Source: Bacillales bacterium UBA3620 (GTDB lineage: Bacteria > Bacillota_I > Bacilli_A > RF39 > UBA660). Taken from it: DNA of 58,383 bases. A model generated the notes under the pieces. That model had not been told where the DNA came from. It ran no database searches and worked only from the letters and a program-made list of their open reading frames with translations. Numbering within the stretch: position 1 is the stretch's first letter; every line of letters starts with the position of its first letter. This document shows, piece by piece, positions 38,705 through 46,428 of this stretch. Position numbers and translations under genes: made by a program. The DNA is taken from NCBI GenBank assembly GCA_002375205.1, contig DFLL01000040.1, positions 1-58,383 on the forward strand, given 5' to 3'.

Positions 38705-39352
38705 ATGAAGTATATTAAAAAAATATTATTGTCTATTAGAGAAATTCTTCTTGTTATGATTATTCAATATATATTACTCTTTGGATGTATTCTTTTATTT
38801 GGCTTGGATAAATCGATTATTCTTGGTACGATTATTTTATCTATATTTGAACTTATCTATATATTTATTAAGTTAAAGAATATTAAACTTTCTTTTAAAC
38901 ATAACTATTTTCCTTATATGCTACTAGGAATATCAATATCTATTATTTATAATATGATTATCTTTAAACTAGGTATTAAATTTGATATAACTAGTATTCC
39001 ATTAATATTAGATATTATCGCTTCTGGTATTATTGGTCCAATATTTGAAGAAATTCTATTTAGATATAGTCTTATTAATAAACTAGCTAAATTTAATAAT
39101 AATACTTTATGTATAATAATATCTTCCTTTATATTTGCTATATGCCATAATGGAATTACTACCATAGTATATGCATTTATTATTGGTCTATTTAATTCTT
39201 ATTATTATATTAAAAAGAAAGATATACTAGTACCTATTATTATTCATATATCCGCGAATATCGTCTCTTCATTCTTATTTAATTTTAATCCTTATATATT
39301 AATACTTGGTATTATTTTATTTGGAATTGGTATCTCTACTAGTAGAAAATAA
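38705..39352 (+). CDS. CPBP-family intramembrane metalloprotease (CAAX protease/Abi PF02517 type)
   Basis: It has the EEILFRY motif, later FAICHN and HISAN histidines, and is polytopic. Confidence 0.8.
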   Translation: MKYIKKILLSIREILLVMIIQYILLFGCILLFGLDKSIILGTIILSIFELIYIFIKLKNIKLSFKHNYFPYMLLGISISIIYNMIIFKLGIKFDITSIPLILDIIASGIIGPIFEEILFRYSLINKLAKFNNNTLCIIISSFIFAICHNGITTIVYAFIIGLFNSYYYIKKKDILVPIIIHISANIVSSFLFNFNPYILILGIILFGIGISTSRK

Positions 39353-39367
39353 ATATTTAAATATATT

Positions 39368-39400
39368 GGTCTATCAACAGTATTGTTGATAGACCTTTTT
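39368..39400 (+). terminator. intrinsic terminator after the CPBP protease gene
   Basis: A perfect 12-bp stem (GGTCTATCAACA / TGTTGATAGACC) with a 4-nt loop, followed by TTTTT. Confidence 0.85.
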
Positions 39401-39503
39401 AGTTAACTTTATTATTTTGTATTGACTCTCTATTTATTTTATGATAAAGTTTTTGTGCTAAGAATTTGAAAGAAAAAAATTAATTTTTTGGAGGTATTTT
39501 GGT

Positions 39504-40367
39504 ATGAATGAATTACAAGTTATTAGTAATCAAGAAATTGAGAAAATGATTTTTGAAGTAAGAGGTAAGTTTGTTATGTTAGATAGTGATATAGCAAATC
39601 TTTATCATGTAGAAACAAAGAGAGTAAATGAAGCTGTTAAAAATAATTTAACAAAGTTCCCTGAGCGTTATTCCTTTAAACTTACTGATGAAGAATCAAA
39701 AAATCTTTTGGTCGAAAATTTCGACCAAAAAAAAGAAACTCGAGGAGGCAGATATAAAAATCCAAGAGTGTTTACAGAAGAAGGTGCTTTAATGCTCAGT
39801 ACTGTACTTAAAAGTAAATAAGCTATTAATACTAGTATTGCTATTACTGATGCTTTTGTTGCTATGAAGAAGTATATCTCTTCTAATCTAATAGAACAAA
39901 GATTTATTAATAATATGGTATTAGAACATGATAATGATATTAAACTACTTAAAGAATCTTTTTCAAAATTTGATAGTATGAGTAATGAGATATTTTATGA
40001 AGGACAGATATATGATGCTTATTCATTATTATTGGATATAATAAATAGTTCTAAAGAAAGTATTATAATTATCGATAATTTTGCTAATAAGAAATTATTT
40101 GATTTACTATCTAAAACTAATAAGGAAATAACTGTTTATAGTAAAAATATCGATGAAGATCTAATTAATAAATATAAGAAGCAATATAATAACGTTACTT
40201 TAATACATAATGATAGTTACCATGATAGATTTATTATTATTGATAATAAAACATTATATCACTGTGGATCTTCATTTAAAGACTTGGGTACTAAATGTTT
40301 TTGTATTAGTAAAATTGAAAATCAAGAATTAATTAGAGATATGTTATCTATTATAAAAAGCAAATAA
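39504..40367 (+). pseudogene. ORF6N-family paralog copy 1, interrupted by an in-frame TAA at 39819-39821
   Basis: The two track ORFs (39504-39821 and 39864-40367) are collinear and in frame with the intact copies 2 and 3. The sequence reads ...VLKSK*AINTSIAITDAFVAMKKY... Confidence 0.7.
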
Positions 40368-40385
40368 TAATTGGAGGTATTTGGT

Positions 40386-41255
40386 ATGAATGAGTTACAA
40401 GTAATTGATAATATTAAAATTGAAGATATGATTTATGAGATAAGAGGTAAGTTTGTTATGTTAGATAGTGATATAGCAAACCTTTATCACGTTGAAACAA
40501 AAAGAGTAAATGAGGCTGTAAAAAATAACCCCAAAAAATTTCCAGAACAGTATTCTTTTATATTATCTAGTGATGAATATAAATCTCTAAGGTCGAAAAT
40601 TTCGACCTTAGAAGTAAAAAATACTGGTAAAGGGCATTATAGAAAATATTTACCAAGGGTTTTTACTGAAGAAGGATGTTTAATGCTTGGAACTGTTCTG
40701 AAAAGTGATGTTGCAGTGAATACCACATTACTTGTAATTGAAGCTTTTGTCGCTATGAAGAAGTATATCTCTTCTAATCTAATAGAACAAAGATTTATTA
40801 ATAATATGGTATTAGAACACAATGAACGAATCAGATTATTGGAAGATAATTTTAATAAAAAATCTTTTAGTAATGAAATATTCTATGAAGGACAAATATA
40901 TGATGCTTATTCATTATTATTGGATATAATAAATAGTTCTAAAGAAAGTATTATAATTATCGATAATTTTGCTAATAAGAAATTATTTGATTTACTATCT
41001 AAAACTAATAAGAAAGTAACAGTATATAGTAAAAATATTGATGAAGAACTAATTAATAAATATATGAAACAGTATAATAACGTTACTTTAATACATAATG
41101 ATAGTTACCATGATAGATTTATTATTATTGATAATAAAACATTATATCACTGTGGATCTTCATTTAAAGACTTGGGTACTAAATGTTTTTGTATTAGTAA
41201 GATAGAAAATCAAGAACTAATTAGAGATATGTTATCTATTATAAAAAGCAAATAA
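40386..41255 (+). CDS. ORF6N-domain protein (KilA-N-related DNA-binding N-terminus) with a C-terminal HDRFIIID...GSSFKDLG module, copy 2
   Basis: ORF6N-like motifs are present: VMLDSDIANLY...KRVNEAVKNN..FP and LPRVFTEEG. The ATG at 40386 follows GGAGG. Confidence 0.75.
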   Translation: MNELQVIDNIKIEDMIYEIRGKFVMLDSDIANLYHVETKRVNEAVKNNPKKFPEQYSFILSSDEYKSLRSKISTLEVKNTGKGHYRKYLPRVFTEEGCLMLGTVLKSDVAVNTTLLVIEAFVAMKKYISSNLIEQRFINNMVLEHNERIRLLEDNFNKKSFSNEIFYEGQIYDAYSLLLDIINSSKESIIIIDNFANKKLFDLLSKTNKKVTVYSKNIDEELINKYMKQYNNVTLIHNDSYHDRFIIIDNKTLYHCGSSFKDLGTKCFCISKIENQELIRDMLSIIKSK

Positions 41256-41273
41256 TAATTGGAGGTATTTGGT

Positions 41274-42149
41274 ATGAATGAGTTACAGGTAATTGACAAC
41301 ATTAAAATTGAAGATATGATTTATGAGGTAAGAGGGAAGCAAGTTATGCTAGATTCTGATTTGGCAAAAATTTATCATTGTAAGAATGGCACAAAAGAGA
41401 TTAACCAAGCAGTTAAAAGAAATATAAATAGATTCCCTGAAGAATTTTGCTTTCAACTCTCAGAAGACGAATACTCACTTTTGAAGTCACAATTTGTGAC
41501 TTCAAAAAATAAAGGTCGCGGTGGAGTTAGAAAACTACCATATGTTTTTACCGAACATGGAGTGATTATGCTTTCTAGTGTAATAAAAAGTGATGTTGCT
41601 GCTAAAACTAATGTAGCAATAATTAATGCTTTTATAAAAATGAAAAAGTATGTTTCTTCTAATTTATTGGAACAAAGGTTTATTAACAATATGGTATTAG
41701 AACATGATAATGATATTAAACTACTTAAAGAATCTTTTTCAAAATTTGATAGTATGAGTAATGAGATATTTTATGAAGGACAAATATATGATGCTTATTC
41801 ATTATTATTAGATATATTAAATAGTTCTAAAGAAAGTATTATAATTATCGATAATTTTGCTAATAAAAAGTTATTTGATTTACTATCTAAAACTAATAAG
41901 GAAGTAACTGTTTATAGTAAAAATATTGATGAAGAACTAATTAATAAATATATGAAACAGTATAATAACGTTACTTTAATACATAATGATAGTTACCATG
42001 ATAGATTTATTATTATCGATAAAAAAGTATTATATCACTGTGGATCATCATTTAAGGATCTAGGTACTAAATGCTTTTGTATTAGTAAGATAGAAAATCA
42101 AGAACTAATTAGAGATATGTTATGTAGTATTAGTCTAAATAACAGGTAA
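41274..42149 (+). CDS. ORF6N-domain protein with a C-terminal HDRFIIID...GSSFKDLG module, copy 3
   Basis: It matches the canonical ORF6N pattern: VMLDSDLAKIY, INQAVKRNINRFPEEFCFQLSEDEY, LKSQFVTS, LPYVFTEHGVIMLSSV. Confidence 0.8.
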   Translation: MNELQVIDNIKIEDMIYEVRGKQVMLDSDLAKIYHCKNGTKEINQAVKRNINRFPEEFCFQLSEDEYSLLKSQFVTSKNKGRGGVRKLPYVFTEHGVIMLSSVIKSDVAAKTNVAIINAFIKMKKYVSSNLLEQRFINNMVLEHDNDIKLLKESFSKFDSMSNEIFYEGQIYDAYSLLLDILNSSKESIIIIDNFANKKLFDLLSKTNKEVTVYSKNIDEELINKYMKQYNNVTLIHNDSYHDRFIIIDKKVLYHCGSSFKDLGTKCFCISKIENQELIRDMLCSISLNNR

Positions 42150-42195
42150 TTTAATAAAGTAATATTAAAGAAGCACTGCTAGTAACAGTGGTCTT

Positions 42196-42438
42196 TTATT
42201 CTTTAAAAAAGTCATCTATTTTCTTATTTAATATTAGAGATAATTTATATACTAATGTTAGTGAACAGTTTTTTCTACTGTCACCTGGTGACTCTAATCT
42301 TTTTAAATAATCAGGACTAACATCTAGAATTTCTGCTAAATCCATTAATTTAAGTCCTTGTTCTTTTCGATATTTTTTAATATTTTTACATATTATTTCT
42401 CTATAATTATGATTAAATCCATCTATTTCTTTTATCAT
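42196..42438 (-). CDS. XRE-family helix-turn-helix transcriptional regulator, 80 aa
   Basis: It has a Cro/C1-type HTH (IKKYRKEQGLKLMDLAEILDVSPDYLKRLE) and lies 3 nt downstream of the preceding ORF. Confidence 0.8.
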   Translation of the reverse strand: MIKEIDGFNHNYREIICKNIKKYRKEQGLKLMDLAEILDVSPDYLKRLESPGDSRKNCSLTLVYKLSLILNKKIDDFFKE

Positions 42439-42441
42439 TTA

Positions 42442-43044
42442 TTATTCCTTTATTTCTTCCACAATACTAGCAGTCCCCTCAAATAAATACTCATATATAG
42501 GATTATCAGTATTACTTTGATTCCAATACAATATAGCCTTTTCTTTCTTTTTATTTAAAGAAATACTCTCTCTTAATATGTAATTAGCATCACCTTTAAA
42601 TATTTTACCAGTTAATTCTAATTTAAATATTCGATATTCTTTTTTATTAGTTCTATTAAATATATCTATCCAGGTAGATAATTCTTCTAGTGATTTAGTA
42701 ACAAATAAACATTTTAATCTAGAAGGTAAATCTATATTAATTTCTTTTCTGACTTCTTCAATAATTAATTCTCTTGTTATAAAAGCATCATTACTTATTG
42801 TCTTTAATACAGTATTTAAATCATTAATAGAATTAAAATTTAACTTTCTATTATTAAACATATTTAATAATATTTGATTAGCATCTAAATTATCATTATT
42901 CTTATATTCACTATCATAGATACTATAATAAAAATAATTATATTTATCAGTAGTAATTATATCTCCAATATTTAATTCATTATTAGTACATATATGATAA
43001 TAATATTCTTTATTTACTTCTTTCAAAGTACTACCTTCTTTCAA
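42442..43044 (-). CDS. hypothetical protein, ~195-200 aa, start uncertain
   Basis: It is an intact ORF with TTG starts only. The TTG at 43026 follows GAAGGT, whereas the TTG at 43044 has no SD. No family was recognised. Confidence 0.45.
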   Translation of the reverse strand: MKEGSTLKEVNKEYYYHICTNNELNIGDIITTDKYNYFYYSIYDSEYKNNDNLDANQILLNMFNNRKLNFNSINDLNTVLKTISNDAFITRELIIEEVRKEINIDLPSRLKCLFVTKSLEELSTWIDIFNRTNKKEYRIFKLELTGKIFKGDANYILRESISLNKKKEKAILYWNQSNTDNPIYEYLFEGTASIVEEIKE

Positions 43045-43128
43045 TAGTTATTATAGCAAAATAATATATAAATAACTAGATTTTTTTAGGTATATTTGCT
43101 ACAATTAAGATAGATAGGTGATTGATAA

Positions 43129-45765
43129 ATGGAAACTATACTAAAAAATAATGCTGAACTAATAAGTGATACTCAAATTTATGAAAATTTAAGAAGAACT
43201 TCTAAAAAGGGATTAATATCATTAATTAATAAAAATCAATTAATCGACTTAGCACTAAAATATTTTGGTGTTTATGATGATAATCATACTTTAATGGGAT
43301 ATACTTGTCCTTATAGTGGAAGACTTATTACTGATTTTTCAGAGTTAGAATTAGAGCATATAATACCAATATCATCTAATGGTGGTACTGCTTTATTTAA
43401 TTGTATTCCAGCATCAAAAGAAGTTAACGGGTTCAGAGAAAAAAGTAACAAAAATCTAATTGAATGGTGGGCAAATAGTAAATATTGGGATAGTGATGCT
43501 CCAAAAAGATTAGAAAAATTAGTTAATTATATTCTAGATGGATATAAAATTGTTTTTAAAGAATATACAGCAGAAGAAGTGGAAACATCATATTTATCTA
43601 TGAACATCAATGGTAATATTCTAAAAGATGATGATGATTTAACAATTGGTAAATTGAAAAAGAAGAAAATTGATAAAGAAAGAAAAATTCAATCCTATCT
43701 AGGATTCTTAAATCAATGTATTGCTCAATTGAATAATAACAATATTGATACAAATCAAATAAGTGACAAAATAGAAAGTCTTGAAGCAAACAATATTTTT
43801 CAGGATATTGATAGATATACATTATTCCAAAATATTTTACAAAAATGTATTAAAGAGAGAATTAATGAAAATGACAGAAGTTATTTAAGATATTCATTAA
43901 ACCTTGACATAATGAAACTAATGAAATCTATATCTTCTAGTAATAAGGGTGAAATTTATAATGAAATAAGCAATAGACTTACAAATATAGAAACCTTATT
44001 AAATAAAAATAATCTTAGTTTAATCGACTATTTTGAAAGTTTAACCGATATCTCTGACAATAATATTATTTATAAAAACATTTCAGAGATTAGTGATGAA
44101 AATATAAATATATTTATAAAAAAAATAAAAGTTGTTTTTTCATCAAAAGTAAATATTTTTATTGAAATGCTTAATAATGGTAATAGCAATGTATTAATGT
44201 ATAGAAATAATGAAACTTTTAATGGGCATCCTAATATTCCTATTGGAACTTTTTGGAGTCATAATCGCACCTTTATATTATCCAAGCTTAATGATAGTGA
44301 TATTGTTGCAAAGCAATTAATTAATGAGTGGAATTTTAGTAATGATTTGGAAGCAAAAACTAAGGTTTTTATTGAAATGCTTAATAATGGTAATAGCAAT
44401 ATATTAATGAAAAGAAATAATGAAACTTTTAATAGACATCCTAATATTCCTATTGGAAAGTTTTGGGAAACTAATCGTGACTTCATAGTGTCTAAACTTA
44501 AAGATAGTGATACTGTTGCAAAGAAAATAATTAGCGAGTGGAATTTTAGTAATGATTTGGAAGCAAAAACTAAGGTTTTTATTGAAATGCTTAATAATGG
44601 TAATAGCAATATATTAATGAAAGGAAATAATGAAACTTTTAATAGACATCCTAATATTCCTATTGGACAGTTTTGGAGTTCTAATCGCGAGTTCATAGTG
44701 TCCAAACTTATAGATAGTGATACTGTTGCAAAGAAATTAATTAATGAGTGGAACTTTAGTAATGATTTGGAAGCAAAAACTAAGGTTTTTATTGAAATGC
44801 TTAATGATGGTAATAGCAATATATTAATGCAAAGAAATAATGAAACTTTTAATGGGCATCCTAATATTCCTATTGGATCTTTTTGGAGTAATAATCGTAA
44901 TTTTATAGTGTCTGAACTTAAAGATAGTGATACTGTTGCAAAACAATTAATTAATGAATGGAATTTTAGTAATGATTTAGAAGCAAAAGCTAAGGTTTTT
45001 ATTGAAATGCTTAATGATGGTAATAGCAATATATTAATACAAAAAAACAATGAAACTTTTAAAGGACATCCTAATATTCCTATTGGACAGTTTTGGAGTA
45101 CTAATCGCGACTTCATAGTGTCTAAACTTAAAGATAGTGATACTGTTGCAAAACAATTAATTAATGAATGGAATTTTAGTAATGATTTAGAAGCAAAAAC
45201 TAAGGTTTTTATTGAAATGCTTAATGATGGTAATAGCAATATATTAATACAAAAAAACAATGAAACTTTTAATGGGCATCCTAATATTCCTATTGGATTC
45301 TTTTGGAGTAATAATCGCCCCTTTATATTATCCAAGCTTAATGATAGTGATATTGTTGCAAAGCAATTAATTAATGAGTGGAATTTTAGTAATGATTTGG
45401 AAGCAAAAACTAAGGTTTTTATTGAAATGCTTAATAATGGTAATAGCAATATATTAATGAAAGGAAATAATGAAACTTTTAATAGACATCCTAATATTCC
45501 TATTGGACAGTTTTGGAGAACTAATCGTGATTTTATATTATCCAAACTTTTTATTGTATTAAAAGATAATGCTTTTCATGATAAGGCACGTCAAACTGTA
45601 TTAAATTATTATAAAGTAAACAGTATTGAAGAATATTATCAAAAGCAAGAAGCCAAAAAGAAAAAATCATCTGAGGTAAAAAAGTTAAGAAAAATAAAAG
45701 CAGAACTAGAAAATTATCAAGATTCATTAGAAATTGATCAAAAGGATAATAGAAAGAGAGCATAA
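43129..45765 (+). CDS. HNH endonuclease-domain protein fused to a 6.7x tandem 70-aa repeat array (HA-domain-like)
   Basis: The HNH-like motif is CPYSG...ELEHIIPISSNGGTALFNCIPASKEVN. The repeats have an exact 210-bp period. Confidence 0.8.
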   Translation: METILKNNAELISDTQIYENLRRTSKKGLISLINKNQLIDLALKYFGVYDDNHTLMGYTCPYSGRLITDFSELELEHIIPISSNGGTALFNCIPASKEVNGFREKSNKNLIEWWANSKYWDSDAPKRLEKLVNYILDGYKIVFKEYTAEEVETSYLSMNINGNILKDDDDLTIGKLKKKKIDKERKIQSYLGFLNQCIAQLNNNNIDTNQISDKIESLEANNIFQDIDRYTLFQNILQKCIKERINENDRSYLRYSLNLDIMKLMKSISSSNKGEIYNEISNRLTNIETLLNKNNLSLIDYFESLTDISDNNIIYKNISEISDENINIFIKKIKVVFSSKVNIFIEMLNNGNSNVLMYRNNETFNGHPNIPIGTFWSHNRTFILSKLNDSDIVAKQLINEWNFSNDLEAKTKVFIEMLNNGNSNILMKRNNETFNRHPNIPIGKFWETNRDFIVSKLKDSDTVAKKIISEWNFSNDLEAKTKVFIEMLNNGNSNILMKGNNETFNRHPNIPIGQFWSSNREFIVSKLIDSDTVAKKLINEWNFSNDLEAKTKVFIEMLNDGNSNILMQRNNETFNGHPNIPIGSFWSNNRNFIVSELKDSDTVAKQLINEWNFSNDLEAKAKVFIEMLNDGNSNILIQKNNETFKGHPNIPIGQFWSTNRDFIVSKLKDSDTVAKQLINEWNFSNDLEAKTKVFIEMLNDGNSNILIQKNNETFNGHPNIPIGFFWSNNRPFILSKLNDSDIVAKQLINEWNFSNDLEAKTKVFIEMLNNGNSNILMKGNNETFNRHPNIPIGQFWRTNRDFILSKLFIVLKDNAFHDKARQTVLNYYKVNSIEEYYQKQEAKKKKSSEVKKLRKIKAELENYQDSLEIDQKDNRKRA
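44146..45549 (+). repeat. in-frame 210-bp tandem repeat, 6 full copies plus 1 partial
   Basis: Unit starts are at 44146, 44356, 44566, 44776, 44986, 45196 and 45406. Each encodes K(T/A)KVFIEMLN(N/D)GNSNIL...IPIGxFWxxNRxF...EWNFSNDLEA. Confidence 0.95.
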
Positions 45766-45767
45766 TT

Positions 45768-45968
45768 ATGGAGAATAATATTTATAATTTAGATGATTAT
45801 TATAAAGCATTAAAATTACAGGATGATTATGAAAAAGATGTTATTGATGAAGATGAAATATCTTTAGAAGAATATGATGAATTAATTAAACTTTATAAAA
45901 TACAGATAAGAAAACTTGCTGATGATATTAATTATAGGATTAAATTATTACAAAGAGGTGATAAGTAA
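45768..45968 (+). CDS. small acidic coiled-coil protein, 66 aa
   Basis: It starts 2 nt after the upstream stop, and its stop overlaps the next start (TAATG). Confidence 0.5.
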   Translation: MENNIYNLDDYYKALKLQDDYEKDVIDEDEISLEEYDELIKLYKIQIRKLADDINYRIKLLQRGDK

Positions 45969-46420
45969 TGTTAGAAAGTGTTTATTATTATTTAAAAGAA
46001 TTTGGATTTAATGATAAAGAAATTGATTTTTTTGAAGATGAAAATGAGGATATGTTTTCTACTAATAACATTGAAATAGAAAAGAATATTAATTTTTTAT
46101 TTGAAAAAGGATTAGAACATGAAGAAGTACTTGATGTTATTAGAAAAAATCCTGATATGCTTACTGTTAAAAATAATAGATTGGAAGCTTATGACAAGAT
46201 ATTTAATAATGAATTAGATATGGATAATGATATGATTAAAAAATTAATTATATCTTACCCTGATACTTATGTAGAAAGCCCTATTGATTTACAAAATATT
46301 ATTAATTATTTAAAAGAAAAAAAATATGATAAAGAATATATTAAAAATTTAATAATTGATAATCCTAAAATTATTAGTATGGATTTATCTGAATTTGAAA
46401 AAGAAATAATACTTAAATAG
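45968..46420 (+). CDS. helical-repeat protein resembling mTERF repeats, 150 aa
   Basis: Four ~30-aa units follow the pattern (F/Y)L.E.G(F/L)...I...I...P.(M/I)(L/I): YLKEFGFNDKEI, FLFEKGLEHEEVLDVIRKNPDMLTV, MIKKLIISYPDTYV, YLKEKKYDKEYIKNLIIDNPKIISM. Confidence 0.5.
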   Translation: MLESVYYYLKEFGFNDKEIDFFEDENEDMFSTNNIEIEKNINFLFEKGLEHEEVLDVIRKNPDMLTVKNNRLEAYDKIFNNELDMDNDMIKKLIISYPDTYVESPIDLQNIINYLKEKKYDKEYIKNLIIDNPKIISMDLSEFEKEIILK

Positions 46421-46428
46421 GAGTTATT

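Larger units (their letters stand above)
39485..42149 (+). repeat. tandem triplication of an ~885-bp gene unit (starts 39504, 40386, 41274)
   Basis: Each unit starts with ...GGAGGTATTTGGTATGAATGA(A/G)TTACA(A/G)GT. The C-terminal halves are almost identical at the DNA level by eye. Confidence 0.9.

Noticed and set aside
44259-45545. A 428-aa minus-strand ORF antisense to the HNH-repeat gene
   Set aside because: It exists only because the 210-bp repeat happens to lack stops in one antisense frame. Its product is itself a periodic L/S/I-rich low-complexity sequence. It has no RBS and lies wholly inside a better-supported gene.
44146-45549. Possibility that the regular 210-bp repeats form a CRISPR array or satellite
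   Set aside because: The repeats are contiguous with no unique spacers, they are in frame, and they are translated as part of one long ORF. This is a protein-coding tandem repeat.
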